A DNA stretch of 64,000 nt, taken from positions 21,429,939 to 21,493,938 of the forward strand of contig NC_092394.1 in assembly GCF_030028105.1 (NCBI RefSeq), in the 5' to 3' direction. Source of the stretch: Mobula birostris. Lineage: Eukaryota. Below are positions 25,901-38,019 of the stretch, piece after piece. Below the pieces are notes generated by a model that was not told the origin of the DNA, ran no database searches, and saw only the letters and a program-made list of their open reading frames with translations. Within the stretch, counting starts at the first letter, position 1. Each line of letters begins with the position of its first letter. Position numbers and translations under genes: made by a program.

Positions 25901-26941
25901 ACATTGACCACAATTTGAGAAGTGAAGTCGTTGATTCTTACTTGGAATATTTTCAATGGTTGTCAATAGCATATAATGTTGTGGTTAACAAAAAGACAAA
26001 TATATTTCTCATTCTATAAAGAATAGAAAATGCTGGAAATGCTCAGTTGGACAGGTAGCATCTGAAAGGGGAGAAACAGAGAAATGTTTCAGGTCAAAAA
26101 TGATTTCCAACATCTGCAGTTTCTGATTTCTTCTTACTAGAGGAGATCACATCCAGTACGTAGTTATGGAGAGTCAGAATGAAGCCTGCCGAATGCCATT
26201 GCCTGCATCGGTGGATTACCCAGAAAATTGGACCGTACCCATCTCACAGAAAAGACGATACTGTTGTTGATGTACCGGCAACAGTCAATGTGGCAGAGTT
26301 CAGGTCAGTTGGGTTATTTTGAACATCTCCCTGTCAACCTGCCAGCCTTGCTACAGCTACTACACGCCCTCCCTGGGTTATTACCATCCAATTTGTGGAC
26401 ATATGAATGAACGCATGGGTGACCGGGTTTGCCAGCTGCTGCATGGATGCAGCCATCTTCGTCTGCGCCTGAATGGGGCACTTCCACATGCCTTTCTCCC
26501 CACACCCCCCACCCCTCCCCTCACCGGACCACCAAACTGCAGCAGCTGAGCGCTGGGTGAAGCTGATCACTGAGTGGACTCACTCACCGAGTCAGTGAAG
26601 CTGGCTAGTAGTCGTTCTTTCTTCACTTGCTCACTCTCCCATCACAGCTTTTGTGTGACCCTCTCCCGCACACTGCTTCTGTTTGCTTTGATTTGCAAGC
26701 AGATTGACTTATGAACAATTCCCTGAATGGAACCCCTTTGTAATCTGAGAACTGCCTTTACATGAGTTGCTGCAAGCTAAGGCTTGACTTTTGAGCCTCC
26801 ACTCAGTGAATATACTTTTCAGCAAAACTTCTGGTGCCAGAGCTGTGATTAATTTAAGCCTCTCAGGCTTTTTTTTTGTGATGCATCTCCGTATGAAATT
26901 GGTGCAGTTATGTAAATTGATTTAACTTCCAGCACCATGAC

Positions 26942-27568
26942 ATTAGATTAGATTATGAGGACACACAGTCCTCTTTTATTGTCATTTAGTAATGCATGCG
27001 TTAAGAAATGATACAATATTCCTCCAGTGTGATATCACAGAAACACAGAACCGACCAAAACTGAAAAACTAACAAAAACCACATAATTATAACATATAGT
27101 TACAACAGTGCAACAATACCATAACTTGATGAAGATCAGGCCACGGGCGCAGTAAAAAAGTTCAAAGTCTCTTGAAAGTCCCACATCTCACGCAGACGAG
27201 AGAAGGAAGAAAACTCTCCCTGCCATGCCCGACCACAGTCCGACTCTGAGTCGTCTGAAAACTTTGAGCTCGGATCAGTCCTCCAACACCAAGTACTGAG
27301 CACCATCTCTGCCGAACACTTCGGCCCCAGCCTCAGTCGCCAGCAGCAGGCAAAGCCGGGGATTTTGGGGCCTTCCCTCCGGAGATTCTCGATCGCACAG
27401 TAGCAGCGGCAGTGAACCGGGCATTTCAGAAATTTCTCCAGATGTTCCTCTGTGCTTCTCACATCTGCCTCCATCAAATCAGAATTGTGCACGGCATCCT
27501 ACTTACAAATACGATATCATTTCACCGGAGAGCTGCGCGTGCTGCGTCGCACTGCCATCTTCTCCTCC
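26942..27568 (-). mobile_element. ~630-bp non-autonomous LINE-derived element
   Basis: Reverse complement of 33222-33870; begins aagatggcagtgcgac, ends aatgacaataaa..(aatct)n. Confidence 0.75.
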
Positions 27569-30265
27569 CGCCTATTCAAGGGAGTAATATTATGTTCACT
27601 TTGGAAAAGAAACACTGAGAATAAATTATGATAAAAACAATTCAGTTTGGTAACAGATCAAAAATCTCTCTCGACCATATTTCAGAAACATCAACACTAA
27701 CAGAATTTAGGTTGCAGCAAAGGGCTTTGCCCTTGTTGGCTATGACTATGAAATGTTGATGCACTGTCTCAACTGCCCTACACATTGTCCACCTGTCTGT
27801 GTCATCAATCAAGTAGCTACAGAAGCAAAACAGAATCCTGTCCTCTCAAAGTGTCCGATGTAAGACTTTAATCCAGGTTGGACTGATGTACTGTGAGATG
27901 TGACACCGTGTCCTTTCTTTAATACAAAAGACTAGCTTTGGACAGATCCAGACTGTGTTCTGTTGACTTCCAGAATCAAAACACCTCCCAAGTTCAGGAA
28001 ATCATTATTGGGTGATTTTGAATAGCATTCTGGTATTTACTAAGTGCAATCCTAACCCCAGTGTTACCCTGCTAACCAGGACTGGATAGAGAGACACAGA
28101 ACTAAGTCAATGGGAGGCTGTTTGACATCAAGCTCTCCCTGCATCTCTGCACTTGTGGTCCTGGGTCATTACCAAGGAAGCTCATTTATTATTTTAAAGT
28201 GTACAACAGCATTTGCTGGTTCCAATTGACCCCAATGGAGATAACCAGACTGGCTTCCCACACAACTGATCACTGCCAGTAGGACTGTGTGCCTTTTTTT
28301 GGCACCTCTTTGTATCTTACACATTACCAAGAGGGCTGGCGTCAGTCAGTGGTCCTCAATTTGTTAGCACAATGAACCTAATGTGAGCTCTTGTTGATAC
28401 GCAGTAGGACCTATCTTTTCCGCACTAATGGTGCAGCCAAATGGACTGTACAAACCCTCAGGAAGAATTTGATGAAACGATATTCTCAGACCATTCCTTC
28501 CTCTCAGTTTTTATTTGTGTATTAGAACGTATCTCTAAAAGGCGCTGCTGAGTCATTTTTAAAGTGTTAACCTTGCACTCAGCCAGCCTTTCGCAAGCCT
28601 GACGTCCGCCACTGGTTCCAAACATCAAATGGGAGCCTGGGACCAGTCCTGTCCCAATGTTCCATTCTGGGGGGAGGTGAAGGTTCATGATTTCAAACAG
28701 TCAAAGTGCCTGTGGATTTCTGAAGTGGTTATCAAGTGTAAGGGACCTTTAACCACTAACACTTTGTGGAAAATGAGTATGCTCATGTTCATGGGGACTG
28801 CCTCATAGCTTCCAAGTTCTAATACGGATAGCAAACATTCTTCCATGTCAACAGAGAGAGATGGCTGACTTTGCTCCTGATCACGAGGCTGCAGCTGAAT
28901 CTGTTCCATTTGGGAATGATACTCCAGCCTCAACAACACACATTGTTCACCAGCAGCAGTAGCCGAGGGAGGTGCCGGAATCTCTGACCTCTAATTGGAC
29001 AAAATGTGACTGTGTTTTGTGAATTGGCAGTGATTTGTATAAGTGGGCTGAATAGTTCTCCAAGATAGTTCTGGGGTTAGATGGTCTGCTTCATCCTGAG
29101 GGTTAATACTTTCTATGCAGTGCTGATACATAGCTATAATCTGCAAACTTTAGTGAAGGGAAGTTTAATTGAAGGGCAAGGGATGTAGTATTTGGAGATG
29201 TGCAACTTGATGTGATTGTCTGCCTCAGTACTGGCAGCTAACCAGCAGTGGTACTCAGGAGGAGAAAAATAAAGGTTGACTATGCCTAGGTGAACAGAAC
29301 ACAGCTTCCCTACTTTTATTACAACAAAAGTTATTGTTGATTTGATTTATGTTGAGTTTGGAGGAGAATTATTACTTTATTTAACTTCCTGGAAATGAAT
29401 TTACAGGTGGCTGCTATGCACCTCCCCTCCTCCGTCACCAGGGTTGTTTCACCTTGTTTGCATTGCTTCATATTCGCTGTCTTCTTGATGACAAAGCTTT
29501 GCTCAATTATTTAAACTATTCCATTTTTAAAAAATTTTAACTAAACTTATTAAAGGATAATTTTGCTGCAGCTGGTGCCTATGCAACTCTGGCTTTGAAA
29601 ATCATACACAGGTCAAGAGAGATTTTGTAAGAAGTACAGAAAATATAAATGATTAAATATTAGGAAAACGGATGCTTTGTACTGTGGTTTCTCTCAGCAC
29701 AGTTGAGTGTGACCTTTCTATGCTGACTAAGTCCTTTAGAAATAAAACTTGATGTAGAGGAATTAGCGGTGAAGTAAAGCAAGCAAAAATCTCAAATGTT
29801 GAAGGTGGTGGAAGTTAACATTTACTAATGTAGTCTGAAATTTCATAGCATTACATTCTTTGCTTAGCTTTGATTAAGATAATTCTATATCCAGAGATGT
29901 CAGTTTTCACCTCATTGTTAGTTTAATCAAACCAAGTGTACTTCTAGGTCCATTTCAGCATGACAGAACTCCCTGGAAACAGATTGGAAATTAAAAGGAT
30001 CAGACTGAAAACAGGTTAAGAATGATGATTGTTTTTAACCTGAAAAGCAGATTAATGTGTCAGATTTTACTGAGAAATGAACTATTTACTTATTACCCTA
30101 AACAAACTTTATTCTGAAGTAAGTGATCTGATTTCATGAATGAGTTCAGTGGAACAAGAGTTTACTTTTCAAAGCTCCAATTTGAAGGAAGGGTACCAAT
30201 CTCTTCTCAAGACACCGCAGATTACTCTTACAGCCAAGAAAGTAGTCTGGTTTAGCAAACCCAAC

Positions 30266-30611
30266 AAATAATAAGGTAACACACATCAGAGTTGCTGGTG
30301 AATGCAGCAGGCCAGGCAGCATCTCTAGGAAGAGGTACAGTCAACGTTTCAGGCCGAGAACCTGTAAGGCATGAAAATGCCCGAAGCTGGCCTCTCAGGT
30401 CTGAGTCAACGCCATCATTATCATCATCCTCTGGACCCTCTCCAATGCCAGTACATCTTTTCTGTCCTGATGAAGGGTCTCAGCCTGAAACGTCGACTGT
30501 ACCTTCCTAGAGATGCTGCCTGGCCTGCTGCGTTCACCAGCAACTTTGATGTGTGTTGCTTGAATTTCAAGCATCTGCAGAATTCCTCGTGTTTGCAAAA
30601 TAATAAGGTAA
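30266..30611 (+). mobile_element. Penelope pseudo-LTR-derived inverted-repeat element with 14-bp TSD
   Basis: AAATAATAAGGTAA at 30266-79 and 30598-611; arms ~30278-30358 and ~30478-30557; same family as 55917. Confidence 0.8.
30464..30497 (+). ncRNA. Minimal hammerhead ribozyme motif
   Basis: GTC CTGATGA AGGGTCTCAGCCT GAAAC GTC GAC. Confidence 0.7.
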
Positions 30612-30645
30612 ATAAAGACCAATATTTATTTTTGTGGTGTTGATT

Positions 30646-30870
30646 AAGCCAATAGCTCAAATTAAAACGTATTAGGTAGAACTCGGTGCCTGAGCCTTTT
30701 TATTGCGTTTCCACACATCAGTCACTGAGTATAATCATTTCTCGAGGTGTCTGCAGAACTGGGCCTTGTATTTCCTAATACAGTGACCATCTCAAAATTG
30801 CTTTTGCAGTTCTTGCGAAACCCTCAAAGCCATGCAGAATGGCCACCACACTTTTTTGAAACTTTAAATT
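30646..30870 (+). repeat. Local ~225-bp repeat, copy 1 (copies at 34124-34350 and 35330-35545)
   Basis: Shared taggtagaac..gcctgag..aatcatttctc..ttgtatttcctaatacagtgac..aaattgc. Confidence 0.85.
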
Positions 30871-32329
30871 AGAAAAATGTTTTTCGAAGGGATAACTATT
30901 GTCCAAAATGCTGCAACTACGCTTCTCTTTGCCTACTTGAAAGAAGTTTCAAGGCTTATTTGAAAGATGCCCTTCCTTACCATTACTCTGTGATACCAAT
31001 CTGCTGCCTTGTGCTGAAATATCTGACGGGACTTGAACCTATGATTTTTTACTGAGGTTTGAGCACTATTAGCTGACCAAAAAACAATTATTCACTGTTC
31101 TTGCAATTTACCGCCCACATGCAGGTTTCTTCATTGGAGTTGCCTCTTTGGAATGATACATAACCGTTGTTGAATGATGTCTCAAGTTGCAGGGGTGTTA
31201 ATATGCATAGCTAAACAAAAACAGGTTAGAGAATCAACAAGTGGAAGGCATAGATTTGACAGGGGTGAGATTTAATAGGAACCTCGGGAACAACTTTTAT
31301 ACACAGAGGTGGTAAATATGGAATGAGCCACCGGAAGAAGTGGTTTATGGCGGATATACCAACAACTTTTAAAATTGGACAGGCACATAGATAGGAAAGG
31401 TTTAAGGGCCAAATGGGACAAGGTTGGATGTGCATTTTGGTCATACCTAGTTGGACCTGAAAACAGTTTTATTCAAGTATGCATTTCTCTAGCGTGCTAA
31501 AAAAGAGATAATTTTCCTTAATCATTATGGAGTATCTACAATTACGGCCTTGGGGTAATCAGTGTTATTCCCTGAGTTTGATTAGCTGATTTAAAATATT
31601 CCATTTTCCTATTTTAATTGCAACCTCCTGGTTAAATGTGAAGACAGCAAGATTTGAAATTTCTGCTTATGCTGTTGTTGCTTTTGCTATTGTCCTGTAC
31701 ATCTCACCCTGATTTCCATTTTTACATTCATTCCTGTAAAAGTTTTTATGTTCCTTGATAATAGAATTTCAGTTCCTCTTTGCTTTTCAAATTTATGTTG
31801 ACTTTTCTTTTAATATGAAGTTTTCTTCATATTGGCTCATACATTAACCACATAGACCAAAGGGGAAAGTAGCCTCTTTTCTACCCATAATCTCTTTTCG
31901 GATGCATCCATGGAGCCTACCATTGTTTAGTTCTTTCCTTCGAGGAGAACTTATTTTGCCTGCAGTACCTTTCGTCTGAACTGGAAAAAGCTAAAAAAAA
32001 AAGCTAAAAAAAAGCTAAAAAAAAAAAAAGCACTAAGTTTCAGAGGCATAGATGGACAAAACTGAAACATCTGTGATTTGAGGAAAAAGCTGGCAAGAAT
32101 GAATGAATCAAATAGCGGTAATATGGTCTGAAAAGTGGCAGTAAGAGAATGAATGGAGGTTGCTGAAACATGAAATTTCATAGTGTCATTTGAGCCGTCT
32201 CTCATGCAAAAGGAGGCCTTTTAATCAAATTAATTCTGCTTCCAAACAAATTCACAATAAATTCAGGGAGTTTTGGCATTTGAACAGTGGTCAATCAGAG
32301 ATGGGAGCCACAGGAGTGACTCACTCAGG

Positions 32330-34125
32330 TCAGCAAGTGTGCATTAAAAAGCAGCACTTCATGGGAGTTTTGGCATTCGAACAGCGGCCAATCAGAGATC
32401 AGGATTCATTAGCAGGTGCAAATTAAAATAAGGCAGGGGCATGTGGAGCAGCCTTTGTTAGAGTGGACAGTGTTAGATGGGGATTTTGAAGCTTTAGCAG
32501 CTCTTCAGGGCCTCAGCGAGGAGAGGTTTGAGGGAGAGAAGGCAGAAAGCTGTAGGTAGATTTGTTTTCAGTTTATTTATTATTTCCTTCTTTATAATTG
32601 CATAATTAACAGCAGTAAGGATGCCAGGCTGGATAGTTGAATACTCCTCTTATGGGATGTGGGAAGGCACAGAGAGATCCAGTGTCCCTAGTGATTTCAC
32701 CTATAAGAAGTGCCTTCAGCTGCAGCTTCTAACACTCTGTGTTAAGGAGCTGGAGCTGCAACTGGATAAACTCCGGATTATGCAGGAGGCCAAAGGGGTG
32801 ATGGGACATGAGAGATAGTTACACCCAGGGTGCAAGACCCCAGAAACTGGGTGACAGCCAGAAGAGTGAAAGAGGTTAAGGAGCCAGTGCAGAGTACCCC
32901 TATGGTTATCCCCCTCAACAACAGTTTACCACTTTAGATATTACTGGGAGGTGAATGAGGATGACTTTACAGAGGAAAGTCACAGCAGACAGGTCTCAGG
33001 CACCGAGTCTGGCTCTGTGGTTCAGATGGGATGGGAGTTGGGCAGGGGGGGGGTGGGGGAGTAAGAAGAGGCAAGCTACAGTGATAAGGGATTCATTAGG
33101 TAGGGGAACAGGTGGTTCAGTGAATGAAAACAAGAGTCCCAGATAGTATGTTGTCTCCAGAGTCCTCAGCATTCTTAAGCAGGGAGTGAGCAGCCAGAGG
33201 TTGAGGTCCATATAGTTACAAGGAGAGAAGATGGCAGTGCGACACAGCTCACAGAAGCCACTCCGGTGGTGATTTCTGTTATTTGTCAAGTTGGGTGCCG
33301 TGCACAATCCTGATTTGATGAGACGGACATGAGAGCACGGAGGAACATCTGGTGAAACTTCTGAAATGCCTGCTTTGCTGCTGCTGCTACTGTGTGGTCT
33401 GAAATCTCCGGAGGGGAAGGCCCCAAGTCCTCGGCTTTGCTTGTTGCTCAGCGGATGGGGCGGGGTCGAAGCGCTCGGCAGAGGATGGTGCTCGGTATCG
33501 AAGGGCTGGTCAGAGGCTCAAAGTTTTCGGACGGACTCAGTCCGCTGTGGTCGGGTGCTTCCAATGGTGCTGTGGCTCTTGGAGGTTCATGGCAGGGAGA
33601 GTTTCTCCCTTCTACTGTCTGCGTGAGGTGATGAGGCTATCGGGACTTTGGGACTTTTTTTTTTACCATGGCCATGGTCTGTTCTTTATCAAATTACCGT
33701 ATTGCTTTGCACTGTTGTAACTATATGTTACAATTATGTGGTTTTGTCAGTTTTAGTCTTGGTCTGTCCTGTGTTTCTTGTGATATCATTCTGGAGGAAC
33801 ATTGTATCATTTTTTAATGCATGCATTTCAAAATGACAATAAACGAGGACTGAGTGTCCTCATAATCTAAATGACACAGGTAGGAAAAGGGACAAGGTTC
33901 TGTGAAGTGAGTTCAGGGAGTTAAGTGCTAAGTTAAAGACCATAAGATATAGGAGCAGAATTAGGCTATTAGGCTCATCGAATCTGCTCTGCCATTTTAG
34001 GAACAGAAAGGTTGAGGGTAGTGGGACTAGTATTCTGAGTTGCATATATTTCAATGCAAGAAATATTGTAGGAAAGGCAGATGAACTGAGGGTATCGATC
34101 AGCACGTGGAATTATAACATTGTAG
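32330..34125 (+). mobile_element. CR1 5' region: UTR, ORF1 (zinc finger/coiled coil, esterase remnant), start of ORF2 endonuclease
   Basis: ORF 32621 ...KCLQLQLLTLCVKELELQLDKLRIM; QPEVEVHIVT-NDTGRKR split by an insertion; LSCIYFNARNIVGKADELR at ~34035. Confidence 0.78.
33222..33870 (+). mobile_element. ~650-bp non-autonomous LINE-derived element inserted in CR1 ORF1
   Basis: Homologous to 26942-27568; CpG-rich; interrupts the esterase-like HIxTND motif. Confidence 0.78.
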
Positions 34126-34350
34126 CCAACAGCTCAAATTAAAAAGCATTAGGTAGAACTCAGTCCCTGAGCCTTTTCCTGTTTCCATACATCATTCACT
34201 GGGTGTAATCATTTCTCAACGTGTGCGCACGCAGAAGTGGGCCTTGTATTTCCTAATACAGTGACCATTTCAAAATTGCTTTTGCTGGTCTTGCAAAGCC
34301 CTTAAGGCTATGCAGAATGGCCCCCATGCTTTCCTGAAACTTAAAACTAT
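34124..34350 (+). repeat. Local repeat, copy 2
   Basis: Aligns with 30646-30870 along its full length by eye. Confidence 0.85.
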
Positions 34351-35258
34351 TTTCTAATTTATTGAAGTTCTGCTGACCTACATAGGGCATTTGGCACAAA
34401 GAAAGGCAACTTGTTCTGACAAATCCATGCTGTCAAATATATCTCCACTGGAACTTCTTCATTCCCCACCCCCCCCACCCCCATCTCACACACACCTTAC
34501 CTTATCTAAGTCCATATATTCAAATCTTCCATTGCAGAACAAATGTTTATGACTCAGATGTTGGCGACTCTGGAAGTCTCCAGCCCAAAGGGCTGTGAAA
34601 GCTCAGTAGTTAAGGGAATTAAGGAATTGCAGGGATATTACAGAAAAAGACTCTGAAAGGCTATGATCTTGAAGAACAATGTTAAGAGTTTCGAAAGATT
34701 AGATGTCCCTTTCTCCTTCACTTATTCAGTCTCCCCTCAACTATGCCTATACACTTAGCTTCCAACACAGAGGTCATGCTTTCCAATCTGATGAAGACTC
34801 TTCTGAATTTCTTGCCGTGTCGGATATGGTTCATTTCAATGCCGATAGTTTAATTTGTTTTTAAATAGGGTTTTCGTTTCCTCCTACTTCACATTTAATT
34901 ACATTTTTAAGATTCCTTTTTCTTAACCCCAATTACACACTTCTTATCACAATCCTTGATTGCTTTCCTATGCTCTTTCCCTATTTAGCTTGCAAATTTT
35001 TGCATTATATTGCTGTCCAGTTTAACTCATTTCCATAGGGTTGCTTACTATTTTATGGTTAACCATCTTTTCTACAGTTCTATTTTATTTACTTGCCATA
35101 AACATTCCCCACCTCATTTTCCTGTTTGTATTCAGTCTGCTGTGTATTTTTAGGAATCCATCTCCCCTCTGCTGAAAGTCTTTACCTCATTTACATCACC
35201 AATTAGTTAGTGCCCATCCTGTCATTATTGCTTCATCCTGTTCCAGAACTGACAGCTG

Positions 35259-35545
35259 GGTCTCATGCAAAAGCAGCTCTTTTAGTCACATCAGTCTACT
35301 TCTCAATAAATTCACACTAAATAGCAGAACCTAGGATAGAACCCAGTGCCTGATGCCCCCCTCCCCCATGTTTCCATGTCATTCACTCTAGGCATAATCA
35401 TTTCTCAAGATGTGTGTGCACAAGTGGGTCTTTGTATTTCCTAATACAGTGACTACACTTCGAAATTGCAATTGCTGGTCTTGAGAGCCTCCCTCCCCAT
35501 CCCACCCCCCACCCCCCACCCCCCACCACCAAGGCCATGCAGCAT
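35259..35545 (+). repeat. Local repeat, copy 3, including an upstream block also present at 32196-32265
   Basis: tctcatgcaaaag..aaattcaca.taaat followed by the shared core. Confidence 0.75.
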
Positions 35546-36296
35546 GCTATTTTATTACTACATGCTTCTTTCCCTTCTAATTATATCAGTGTTCTTCAAC
35601 ATGAATGTCAAAGATCTGAGAAGGTCAAAGCTAGGAAAAAGGGTACATTTGTTAGGTAGCTTTGGGAACGAACATTTGCACCTAACATACCCTGTTCTTA
35701 ATTATATTGGAAATGTTCAACCCAAGGGTTATATAAATATATTTAAAAATGTTAAAAGCACAAAGTGAGCAGCTCTATAAATCTTTGCAATTTTAATGTT
35801 GTGGATATCCGATTTCATATATGGGGGAAAAATAGTGATTTAGTATTTACTATATTTATCAACTACTATCCAATCATTACATGCATTTTTTTGAAAGTTG
35901 TTTTGTTAATATAGCCCATTTAATGACTTAGAATTTCTATGTTAGCAATACAGTGAAAATGCTCAAAAATCTATTAAACTACAATTACCTGTCAGTAGGT
36001 TTTCCATCCGAACCATTACTGAACTTGGCTCAGTATTTTCTCAGCATTTTTTTTTAATTTGACTGCTCCTGCTTAACACCCCAGTACAGTGGCAAATCAG
36101 TCTGGAAATGTTGTCCATACTACTTGGAATTCTGACCAAGATTAAACTCGATGTGCAGACGCATGGGAGCAGAGGTCTGCACTCTAAATATTTAATATCT
36201 TTGCTGCTAGGAATCTAGTGACAGGCGCTGTTAAAACTAAGCAGGATAAAGCAGTGAAAGTGCTTCTGCAGCCAAATATGAAATTCACAGAAATGG

Positions 36297-37310
36297 AGTT
36301 AGACAACTTCTCCTCTTCCACTCTCACCCTGAACACCGGCGTGCCTCAAGGCTGTGTGCTGAGCCCTCTTCTGTACTCCCTTTTCACCTATGACTGTGTT
36401 CCTGTACATGGTTCTAACTCCATAATCAAGTTCGCAGACGACACCACGGTGGTTGATCTGATCAGGGGGAAGACAAGATGGCGTACAGAGACGAGGTCCA
36501 GCACCTGGCTGTATGGTGTGCCGACAACAACCTGGCCCTTAACACCCAGAAGACTAAGTTGATCATTGTGGACTTCAGCCATGCTAGGAGTCACAATCAC
36601 GTCCCCATCTACATCAATGGAGCTGTAGTGGAGCGTGTATCAAGCTTCAAATTCCTTGGTGTCCACATTTCTGAGGTTCTCACCTGGTCCCCGAACTCCT
36701 CCATCCTGATCAAAAAGGCGCAATAGCGCCTTTATTTCCTGCAGGGCATCAAGAAAGCTCAGCTCTGTCCCAGGATACTGACGGACTTTTACCGCTGTAC
36801 CATTGAGAACATACTCACCAACTGCATCTTAGTGTGGTATGGCAATTGTCCCGTATCGGACCGCAAAGCACTCCAGCGTGTGGTGAAAACTGTCCAGCGG
36901 ATTATTGGCACCCAATTGCCCACCACTGAGAACATTTACCATAAACGCTGCCTGGGCAGGGTGAAAAGCATTATCAAGGATGCATCTCATCCTAACCATG
37001 GACTTTTTACTCTCCTGCCATCCGATAGGCGCTACAGGAGCCTCCGCTCCCGCACCAGTGAGCACAGGAAGAGCTTCTTCCCTGAGGCTATGACCCTGCT
37101 GAACCTCACATCACAGCGCTAAGCAGTATTGCACCCATATTGTACTGTCTCAGTACTTCTATATTTGTGTGCTGTAGCACTTAGTTTTTAATTCATAGTT
37201 ATTTTGTAAATAACACTATACTTTGCATTTCTGGTTCGATGCTAACTGCATTTCATTGGCTTTGTATCTGCACTCAGCACAATGACAATAAAATTGAATC
37301 TAATCTAATT
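36297..37310 (+). mobile_element. Rex1/Babar-type LINE, 5'-truncated RT fragment
   Basis: TGVPQGCVLSPLLYSLFTYDC, KFADDTTVV, WCADNNLALNTQKTK motifs; tail aatgacaataaaattgaatctaatctaat. Confidence 0.9.
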
Positions 37311-38019
37311 TGTCAGGTTAGCTTTGATATTCTGGAAATGTAAAGCAGTGAATCATACATTTGTCCAAAAATAAACTATCAATTATACCTTTATCAGAAC
37401 TGTGAATTATTAGAATAATTTAAGTATTGCAATAATATGGCTGCCAAGAACGGATTGTAAAATGAAGATTAGTCATTTTTTTTAAACTTTAGAGATCCAG
37501 TAATGCAATGACACTGACTCTAAAGTTTAAAGCTACTGAAAAATGATTAAGATTTCCCCCGTTATCATTTCCAAACTGATCGGATTGCTTGAAATTCATT
37601 CATTTTTGCACTGAGTTCATCAAAAGCGTTTCAGTGGATCTTTGTTAGTAGTAAAGTTCAGGAGGCTGACAAGAAGGATGTTATAGAGACCCAAATCTGG
37701 GAACAAGAATACTAGTTGTGCAAGTAGAGTACAAATCAGCACAGAACTATTATTCTGCAGGACAAAAACACTGGGTCTGAAGCGTTATACAACAATGAAA
37801 TGCAGAGATTGTGCAATTGAAAAGGAACTGATGAGAGAAGGATGAAACCAGAGCAAGGCTCAGCGATGCTAATCAGAGGCAAATGGAATGGCTCATTGTA
37901 CAATTCAAAACACGATTGTACTCAAAGTCATATGCAAAGTGTTAATTATTTCTATTTCGGATTTATAGTACCTCCATGTGCTATTCTGTCATTCACATTC
38001 CATTTACACCAAAAAATAA

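Noticed and set aside
31985-32032. A-run/GCT repeat
   Set aside because: Simple low-complexity slippage repeat.
30646-35545. Spaced direct repeats as a CRISPR-like array
   Set aside because: Eukaryotic context, units over 200 bp, kb-scale irregular spacing, no cas genes.
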